A stretch of DNA of 22,975 nt, from positions 8,961-31,935 of the forward strand of contig CAZHPN010000057.1 of the NCBI GenBank assembly GCA_964534375.1, written 5' to 3'. The notes under the pieces were generated by a model. That model did not search any database and was not told the origin of the DNA. It saw only the letters and a list, made by a program, of their open reading frames with translations. Both the position numbers and the translations under genes were made by a program. Positions 16,762 through 22,975 of the stretch are shown piece by piece (the first letter of the stretch is position 1; each line of letters starts with the position of its first letter). The DNA comes from an uncultured bacterium. Its GTDB lineage: Bacteria > Lernaellota > Lernaellaia > Lernaellales > Lernaellaceae.

Positions 16762-17829
16762 TCAATTGACCCGGACGCACCCTTCCCCGGCTTTCAATAC
16801 AATCTGCTGCCCCGCCGGCACGGTCTCGAACGCCGGCTGGGTCGTCGCCAGCGCCGGGTTGGTGAACATCACGAGTTTGGCGCCGAGCAGCAGCGACTGC
16901 GCCTCGAGGACGACGCCGTAATACTCGTCGTTGCCGTGCAGGTCCTGCTTGATGATCTGCAACTGGGCGCGGTTGGTCACGCCCAACGGCGTCATGTCGA
17001 GAATGATGATTTTCGACGCCGAAGCCCAGATTGCCTTGTACGCCGCGCGGGGTGAAGCCGTCTGAATCGTGGTCGTGCGCCAAGACGGCAGGCCGGGGCC
17101 GTACCACGGTTGAATCACGACCCGCGCGTCCGCCCAGGCCTGCACGCCCACGGCGCCGCAGTCGACGAACCAATTGTTGCCGGCGAGCGTCAGCGCCGCG
17201 CCCACCGCCATCGCGCCGGCATTGACGTCCGACACAAGACTATTTTCCACGGTGAGCACGGCGCCGCCAACGGCGCAGAACCCCACGGAGACCGGCGTCG
17301 GCGCCAGCGGGCCGACGACGCAATAAATCATCGAGACGGCGCAGCCGTCTGCGAGGAGGCCGTAGCTCAACGCGCCCGGCCCGGCCGCGGGCATGATGCC
17401 AATGTTCCGAAAAACGTTGTTCGCGCCGTTGGCGACGGTAATGCCGCCCGAAAACATGCACGGCCTTACGCCGTTGAGGGGGTCCACAGCGTTCGAACCG
17501 CCATAGGGATCGTTCCCCTGACAATAATCCGGGTCGCTCCACTCGGTCGGCGAGGATCCGATGGACGTCCAGAAATAGGGTTGCCACGCGAGCGTGACCC
17601 CGGGCATGCAAATAACGCCGGTAAGATCCAACGCCAAGTAATCATAGGTCGACGGCGCGGTCAAAGAGCCGGCCAGGTGGATTGTCGTGTCGGCCGTGAT
17701 CGGGCCGGACAATAGTCCGTTCGTGGAGTCGGTGAGGAGCTTGCTGATGGTTTTCCAGGGAGCGTTCCACACCGGCGATGCGTTTGAGTCACTGCCGTGA
17801 ACCGCGTCAAGATAGTAATCCGTAAGCAT
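16762..17829 (-). CDS. Hypothetical protein, probable pectin-lyase-like right-handed beta-helix
   Basis: AGGAGG SD before ATG; N-terminal YYLDAVHGSDSN...APWKTI motif that commonly caps beta-helix proteins; G/A/V/N-rich short strands. No signal peptide. Confidence 0.6.
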   Translation of the reverse strand: MLTDYYLDAVHGSDSNASPVWNAPWKTISKLLTDSTNGLLSGPITADTTIHLAGSLTAPSTYDYLALDLTGVICMPGVTLAWQPYFWTSIGSSPTEWSDPDYCQGNDPYGGSNAVDPLNGVRPCMFSGGITVANGANNVFRNIGIMPAAGPGALSYGLLADGCAVSMIYCVVGPLAPTPVSVGFCAVGGAVLTVENSLVSDVNAGAMAVGAALTLAGNNWFVDCGAVGVQAWADARVVIQPWYGPGLPSWRTTTIQTASPRAAYKAIWASASKIIILDMTPLGVTNRAQLQIIKQDLHGNDEYYGVVLEAQSLLLGAKLVMFTNPALATTQPAFETVPAGQQIVLKAGEGCVRVN

Positions 17830-17999
17830 AGATCCTCCTTAATCCGAAAAGTGGTTTTTTGCAAATCGGCCACAACGAATGCCTCGTCGATCCCCAATCG
17901 CCAAGGCGATGTGGGGTCGCCGTGGCGCGTGAATACAAGGACGCCTTCGCCGAGGTTCTTTGGTGAAAAATCGTGGTGCGGTCGGCTACTAGCCGCACG

Positions 18000-18029
18000 A
18001 TTGTAAGTTAAGAGGGGGGGGGAAGTCAA
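18000..18029 (-). promoter_or_regulatory. Sigma70-type promoter with a C9 homopolymer in the spacer
   Basis: Minus strand TTGACT (18029-18024), 18-nt spacer containing C9 (G9 on plus, 18014-18022), TACAAT (18005-18000); AT-rich sequence upstream. Confidence 0.65.
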
Positions 18030-18120
18030 GAAAAATATCACCTGTTGCTGTTATTTAATTGCGCCGACCGCTGGGCGAATCCAAAAAAGTCAGATTTGAG
18101 CCGACGATAGACCGAAGGAA

Positions 18121-18261
18121 AGCCTCTCCGCAACGCGGGTCCGCCACGGTGTCTTCTCGCCCCACCCTGTGGCGGGGCCGGGCGCGGCCACGCCAGGCGT
18201 GGCCCGGGGGCGAGGTCTACGCGAGACGCCAATAATCGTGTTGCCGTTGTTGCAAGAGGCT
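18121..18261. mobile_element. Candidate 141-bp MITE-like element
   Basis: Left AGCCTCTCCGCAACGCGG versus reverse complement of right end AGCCTCTTGCAACAACGG; internal nested inverted repeats CTCGCCCC...GGGGCGAG and GGCCACGCC-A-GGCGTGGCC (18186-18204). Confidence 0.45.
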
Positions 18262-18282
18262 CGGCTGACAATCCGCGAGAGG

Positions 18283-18306
18283 GTGCGGCGCCGAAGGCGT
18301 CCGCAC
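18283..18306 (-). terminator. GC-rich hairpin downstream of the MBL gene
   Basis: GTGCGG-CGCC-GAA-GGCG-T-CCGCAC on plus strand, 23 nt past the stop at 18330; no U-tract. Confidence 0.35.
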
Positions 18307-18329
18307 ATCGCCCGGCGAAAATGCATCGC

Positions 18330-19124
18330 TCAGCAGGGCACAATTGTTTCCTTGCCGAGCGGCAGCCAATAGAGCAGCGCGGACAGGCCGGCCGCGTCGA
18401 AAGCGCGTTCGATCTCGGCGCGGCCCTCGGCGAAATGGGAGAAGCCCTCGTAGTGAATCGGGACGACGCGCGCCGGTTGCAGCGCGCGGGCGAGCTTGAC
18501 GGCGCCCTTCGCGCTCATCGTGTAGCGGATGGGCCCCGTCGATCCGAACGACGCCTGGCCCATGTGAAAAAACGCCGTGCCGATCCGCCAGCCGCGGCCG
18601 ATCTCGGTCAGCCGGCGATGCCACACCGTGTCGCCGGTGATGTAAATCGCGCCTCCGGTCAGCTCGGGCGCTTCGAGCAGGAAGCCCGTCACTTCGCCGA
18701 CGAGGAAGCGCGCCAAGGGCGGGCCGTGCCGCGCGGGCGTGGCAGTTACGCGCAGCGAGAAGCCGTCGGCGCCCAGCAACCGGTGCTCGTGCCAGGCGGG
18801 GAGACCGCGGGCGTTTCCGCCCAGCCGGGCGGCGCCGGCCACGGTGGTGAGCACCACGCGGGCCGCCGGCAGCAACCTGCGGCCCGCGTCATCCAGATTG
18901 TCGCCGTGGTGATCGTGCGAGAGCAGCACCGCGTCGATGCGCCCGATGTCGGCGGCGGCCATGGCGGGCCCGCTCGTCTTTTGCGAATGCGTGCCGTAAC
19001 CGAACGAGTATTTCGTGTCTGCCGCGTCGAAAACCGGATCGGTCAAGAGGCGCAGGGAACCGAGTTCGAGCAGCATCGTCGCGGCGCCGACGTGCGTGAC
19101 GCGCAAAATTGCGGGTGTGTCCAT
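18330..19124 (-). CDS. MBL-fold metallo-hydrolase
   Basis: LRLLTDPVF, AVLLSHDHHGDNLD, TATPARHG, IYITGDT and VVPIHYEG motifs; starts 6 nt after the OmpA-domain gene. Confidence 0.92.
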   Translation of the reverse strand: MDTPAILRVTHVGAATMLLELGSLRLLTDPVFDAADTKYSFGYGTHSQKTSGPAMAAADIGRIDAVLLSHDHHGDNLDDAGRRLLPAARVVLTTVAGAARLGGNARGLPAWHEHRLLGADGFSLRVTATPARHGPPLARFLVGEVTGFLLEAPELTGGAIYITGDTVWHRRLTEIGRGWRIGTAFFHMGQASFGSTGPIRYTMSAKGAVKLARALQPARVVPIHYEGFSHFAEGRAEIERAFDAAGLSALLYWLPLGKETIVPC

Positions 19125-19130
19125 TCGCGG

Positions 19131-20543
19131 TCAGCGGGCCGTGACGACGAAGTCGATGCGCGTGTTTTTCGCGCGGCCCTCGGCCGTGGTGTTCGGCGCG
19201 ATCGGCACCTGGTCGCCCAAGCCGACGGCCTTCAGACGGCTCGCGGCGACGCCCTTGCGGATCAGGTACGTACGCACGGCCGCGGCGCGGAGTTCGCTCA
19301 ACCGCAACGCGTTCGCCGTGCCGGTCGCGATGTGCCCCTCGATCTGCAATTGGACATTCGGGTACTGCTGCAGCAGATCGGCGACGTCATCCAGTTCGGC
19401 CCGGTCGTCGTTCGTCAATTTCGAACTGGCCGCGCCGCCGAAAACCAGCGGGTTCGGCAAGAGAATCTGGCTGGGCCAGAGCGCCACGCCGCTGTCTTTC
19501 TTGGCGATCATCGTTTCCGGCGCCTCGACGATCGGCGGCGGCGGCGCCTCCACAACCGGGGGCGGCGGCGCGGGCGCGGGCGCGGGCGGCGGGGCGGCCG
19601 GCGGCGGCGGGGCCGGCGGCGGCTCCGGTTTCGGCTCGGGCGGCCCGTATTTGACCGGCGGATACGCAAAATTCAAACCGGCGATGACGCGGAAGGTCGG
19701 ATTGCCGATGCCGCTGTTGAGGCCGAAGCCCGCGTCCAGCAGAAAATTGAGGCCGACCGGCGTGTTGAAGTGCGCGCCGACCAGCGCCTCCAGCGGCGCC
19801 GTGGCGGCGATGCCCTTGAAGCCGTAATCGACCGTGCGCGCGGCCAACTCGGCCCCGACGCCGACCCATTTGGCGATCGCCACGTCCAGGCCCACCCCGC
19901 CGACGAATTGCATCGACGCCTGGAGATCTTTCTGCGGCAGCAGATAACGCAGGCCGCCGTTGAGCACGATGTTCACGCGGTCGAAGCGCTTATCCAGAAT
20001 CAAGGCGCCGCCGAAAGCCGGAGCGCCCAAGCCGATGAACAACGGGGAATAGCCCGTCGGCAGCGTGCCGTCGAGCTTCAGGGCGAGGCCCACAAGGCCC
20101 GGCTTGTTTTCCAGAATGGCGATCTTCAAGGCAATGTTGGTGTCGCCGAACTCGGAGCCGGACGTGAAGGAATCGTGGGGCAAGCCCGTGATGGAGTTGA
20201 GTTGGCTGTTGTTCATATTGCCGGCCGCGTGCGCGAACGACGAGCCGATCATCAAATCGACCCGTTTGAAAAATCCGAGCGCGACGTAGAACTGGTCCTC
20301 GATCAACGTTTGCACGACGCCGATATTGTTCCCCGATTGCTCGGTCTTCAGAATGAAGGGCGACGTCGCGTAATTGGCCACCATCCCCAGCGCAAACTGC
20401 CACGTCCCGAGCGGCTCGCTCGTGTACAACGACACCAAGTTCTGCGGACCCATGGCCGGCACGATGTTTTCCACATCGATCGCGTGGGCCGCGACCCCGG
20501 CCGCCAAAACGAGAAGGACGATCGGGACGGCGATCCGTTTCAT
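19131..20543 (-). CDS. TraB-like outer-membrane beta-barrel with Pro-rich linker and C-terminal OmpA-like domain
   Basis: Signal MKRIAV...AAHA from ATG 20543 with GAGGAG SD; barrel motifs NYATSP, ALGFFKRVDL, FGDTNIALK, GLALK...LPTG, PLEALVG and GFGLNSGIGNPTFRV as recalled for myxobacterial TraB-type barrels; PPEPKPEPPPAPPPP linker; OmpA C-domain IEGH...LSELRA...GLG..PIAPN...GRAKN. Confidence 0.8.
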   Translation of the reverse strand: MKRIAVPIVLLVLAAGVAAHAIDVENIVPAMGPQNLVSLYTSEPLGTWQFALGMVANYATSPFILKTEQSGNNIGVVQTLIEDQFYVALGFFKRVDLMIGSSFAHAAGNMNNSQLNSITGLPHDSFTSGSEFGDTNIALKIAILENKPGLVGLALKLDGTLPTGYSPLFIGLGAPAFGGALILDKRFDRVNIVLNGGLRYLLPQKDLQASMQFVGGVGLDVAIAKWVGVGAELAARTVDYGFKGIAATAPLEALVGAHFNTPVGLNFLLDAGFGLNSGIGNPTFRVIAGLNFAYPPVKYGPPEPKPEPPPAPPPPAAPPPAPAPAPPPPVVEAPPPPIVEAPETMIAKKDSGVALWPSQILLPNPLVFGGAASSKLTNDDRAELDDVADLLQQYPNVQLQIEGHIATGTANALRLSELRAAAVRTYLIRKGVAASRLKAVGLGDQVPIAPNTTAEGRAKNTRIDFVVTAR

Positions 20544-22834
20544 TTGCCTCTCCTCTGTACGAGAACGAAGCGCAGCAAAAACAAGGCCAGCGCCGCGACG
20601 AGCATCGACGCCAACCCGGACCACGGCGAGCCGGGGCCGGCGGCGTCGCATTCGCCGCAGCCGAAGTGATCGATCTTATGTTTGCGGTCGGGGCAGCAAT
20701 CCGAGACGCCCAGCGTCGATTGCGTCGTGGCGCTGCCGCCGGTTTGATTCATCACCGTCAACGTGACGACCAACTCCCCGCCCAGCGTGTACGTGTGCGC
20801 GATCGTCTTGCCCGCGCCGGTGAAGCCGTCGCCGAAATCCCAGAAGCACCGCAGGCTGCCGCCGCCGGGGTTGGTCGAGGCCGAAGCGTCGAAGTTGAAC
20901 GAAGTCGGCGGGGTCGCCGGCGTGACGCTGAACGCGGCCGTCGGCGCCGCGCCGGTCGGCAGCGGACGCGCCGCGAAGTGCGCCTGGACTTGTTTGCCGG
21001 CGGGCACGGGGAACGCCGCCGGATCGACGCCGTTGACCGTCGTCTTGGCGTACAACACGGCGACGCCGTTGTCGCCGAGGCCGAGGTCCGTGATCGGCAC
21101 GAGGTCGCCGGTCTTCTCGTTGACAATCTCGTAACCCTGCGGCAGGCCCGCCACGAAGAATTGCAGCGTGATCGGGAGCGCAGCCGGCAAGCCGTTGGTC
21201 ACTTGGATCTGCGCGTAGGTGGACGTCCCGTCGTTGTTGGTCGGCGTGAACCACAAATTGCCGGCGGGCACGCTGCGCTCGGGCGACGCCGGGTCGATCG
21301 CATTGAGGCTCGTCACGGCGTTGTTTTCGACGCTGATCAAGCGATAGCCGTTGTATTCGCGTTTGCCGGTTCCGGAGGCGACCCCGGCCGCCGCCGTCGT
21401 CGTCTGCACGACGTTGAACGGCTGCTGCGGGAGCGGCACGTCCAACACGTTGTTGTCGCGATCGAGGATCGGCGCGCCGGCCGCATACTGCCACACGCTG
21501 TCCCAATGGCTGTGCCCGATGAAGAGAAAGGGCACGTCCGCCTGCAGCGCCGCGGTCAGCAGTTTCGTGCCCGTGTTGCTTTTCGCGGTCTCGTTCTGGA
21601 TGCCGTCGGTCGGGTCGGAATCCCAGGCGCTCGAATCGAAGTTCCAGTATTGTTCCGCGTGATCGGACGGATTCGTCGAAAAGGGCATGTCCGCGCTGTA
21701 CGGCCCGCGCGGATCGTGGTTCATGAAGAGCATCGTCCGCTGGCCGGCGTGCGTCGCCGCCGCCAGGTCGGCCTGGAGCCAGCCGTATTGCGCCGGGCCC
21801 ATGAACCCGCCCGCATTCTCCGCCAGCACCGCAAAGACGCCCAGGGCGATCCCCTGCCGGCGCGCGGTCGACCCGTCGTAGCTGTTGGCCACCGCGAAGT
21901 GCAGCGAGCCGTAGTCGAAGCTGTAATACAGCGGCCCCCACGATTGCCCGTAAGACTCGAGCCCGTCGGTGAGGACGGTCGTGCTGCCGTAATACGCGTA
22001 GCCGTCGTGATTGCCCGGCGCCAGGAACAGCGGCGTTTTCGTGCTCGCCAGAATCTGCGCCAACGTCGCGATGTCCGTCTGGTAATTGTCGCCATACGAC
22101 AGGCCGCCGGTGATCACGGCGAAATCGGGACGCAGCAGCGCCAGTTCGCTGAGAATCTCGTTTTGGAAGATCGCCACGCTGCGTTGTTCGGTTGTCGCGC
22201 CCGGGTAATCGCCGCTGGTCTCTTCGTTGCCCGTCGAATAGCCGGCCAGGTCCGCCAATTGGATGTCGGAAAGGTGGGCGAACGTGTACGTGCCGCCGAT
22301 CGTGTCGCGAATCGCCACCGCGGCCGGCTGGTAATCGACGATCGTCGCGCAGGTGACCGCCAGGCCGTAAACGTCCGCCGGCGCGCCGTCCGGGACCGCG
22401 CAGGTGAGACGATAGGCCTTCAGCGTTGCGTCGTACGCGACGTCGGAGACGACCGCGTCGTAATTTTGCGCGACAGGGTCGCCCACGTGCGCGTACGAGG
22501 CGTCCGGATAGGCGTAAGCAGTCGTCAGGCGGACCTGCCAATCGGCCGGGTCGGGATACTCGTCGCCGTTCACGTCGTAAACGACGACGTTCAGCACGCC
22601 GGCCGGTTCGACGATCTCGGGCATTCCCAGCACCGGGTACTCGATCGCGGTGATGCGCGCCGGAATCGGATTCGCGCCGTAGGTCGGCGCGTGCGCGTAG
22701 TTGTACCCCGGACCGTCGCCGGCGGCGTACGGCGCGCCCATGATGCTGCTCAGGGTGTCGGCCTGCGCGACCGCAGCCAGCCCGACGAGGATGAAGAAAA
22801 CCGCAAAAATAACCCGCGACTTAGCAATCGTCAT
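20540..22834 (-). CDS. Secreted calcineurin-like metallophosphoesterase with PKD domain and MYXO-CTERM-like C-terminal sorting tail
   Basis: Signal ending AQA; motifs HLSDIQ, ITGGL, PGNHDG, NHDP and GHSH; PKD signature FDASAS...WDFGDG...HTY...VTLTV; tail GCGEC-DAAGPGSP, hydrophobic helix, RRGK. Confidence 0.85.
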   Translation of the reverse strand: MTIAKSRVIFAVFFILVGLAAVAQADTLSSIMGAPYAAGDGPGYNYAHAPTYGANPIPARITAIEYPVLGMPEIVEPAGVLNVVVYDVNGDEYPDPADWQVRLTTAYAYPDASYAHVGDPVAQNYDAVVSDVAYDATLKAYRLTCAVPDGAPADVYGLAVTCATIVDYQPAAVAIRDTIGGTYTFAHLSDIQLADLAGYSTGNEETSGDYPGATTEQRSVAIFQNEILSELALLRPDFAVITGGLSYGDNYQTDIATLAQILASTKTPLFLAPGNHDGYAYYGSTTVLTDGLESYGQSWGPLYYSFDYGSLHFAVANSYDGSTARRQGIALGVFAVLAENAGGFMGPAQYGWLQADLAAATHAGQRTMLFMNHDPRGPYSADMPFSTNPSDHAEQYWNFDSSAWDSDPTDGIQNETAKSNTGTKLLTAALQADVPFLFIGHSHWDSVWQYAAGAPILDRDNNVLDVPLPQQPFNVVQTTTAAAGVASGTGKREYNGYRLISVENNAVTSLNAIDPASPERSVPAGNLWFTPTNNDGTSTYAQIQVTNGLPAALPITLQFFVAGLPQGYEIVNEKTGDLVPITDLGLGDNGVAVLYAKTTVNGVDPAAFPVPAGKQVQAHFAARPLPTGAAPTAAFSVTPATPPTSFNFDASASTNPGGGSLRCFWDFGDGFTGAGKTIAHTYTLGGELVVTLTVMNQTGGSATTQSTLGVSDCCPDRKHKIDHFGCGECDAAGPGSPWSGLASMLVAALALFLLRFVLVQRRGK

Positions 22835-22883
22835 TTGCGCTCCCGGCTAACGGCCGTCGCTACGGAGAGAATTCAGTGGCGGC

Positions 22884-22913
22884 ACTATATTTTTTCTTGG
22901 TCCCTGGTGTCAA
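22884..22913 (-). promoter_or_regulatory. Sigma70-type promoter for the three-gene operon 22834-18330
   Basis: Minus strand TTGACA (22913-22908), 18-nt spacer, TATAGT (22889-22884); GGGAG SD 5 nt before ATG 22834. Confidence 0.7.
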
Positions 22914-22975
22914 GATGAACCGCCAGGGCGAACGCATCTAAATTCCGAGCAACTTTTTCAGGTAGTCCGGTTTCC

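Noticed and set aside
20540..22834. Calling this gene traA and the pair a true outer membrane exchange system
   Set aside because: No PA14-like recognition domain or Cys-rich repeat stalk; only the layout and the tail resemble traA.
18321..22918. Very long plus-strand ORFs (782 aa and 750 aa)
   Set aside because: Antisense shadows of well-supported minus-strand genes in GC-rich DNA; Arg/Ala/Gly-rich with no recognisable motifs.

Overview
High-GC bacterial window with 16 supportable CDSs, mostly envelope or secreted proteins. The gene types (TraB-like barrel, MYXO-CTERM-like tail, Asp-rich lipoproteins) suggest a Myxococcota-related or former deltaproteobacterial lineage, which is an inference. 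In order: (1) 5'-truncated cstA. (2) A putative lipid-handling neighbourhood with a GH5 endoglycoceramidase-like lipoprotein, two tandem FadL-like barrels, a LolA-like protein plus a beta-barrel, a tocopherol-cyclase-family lipoprotein and an SRPBCC/START protein. (3) Two lipoproteins with near-identical signal-peptide ends: an Asp-repeat/Cys-module protein and a GHL15-like glycosidase. (4) A lower-GC three-gene minus-strand cassette (beta-helix-like protein, alpha/beta hydrolase, 7-repeat propeller lipoprotein), bracketed by MITE/REP-like inverted repeats and preceded by a sigma70-type promoter with a C9 run in its spacer. (5) A three-gene minus-strand operon with a metallophosphoesterase-PKD protein ending in a MYXO-CTERM-like tail, coupled (ATGA overlap) to a TraB-like beta-barrel/OmpA protein, then an MBL hydrolase. 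The last is the best candidate for an undescribed system: a traAB-like layout with an enzyme in place of the kin-recognition receptor. No rRNA, tRNA, CRISPR array or transposase was found. All family calls are from motif recognition by eye, not database searches.
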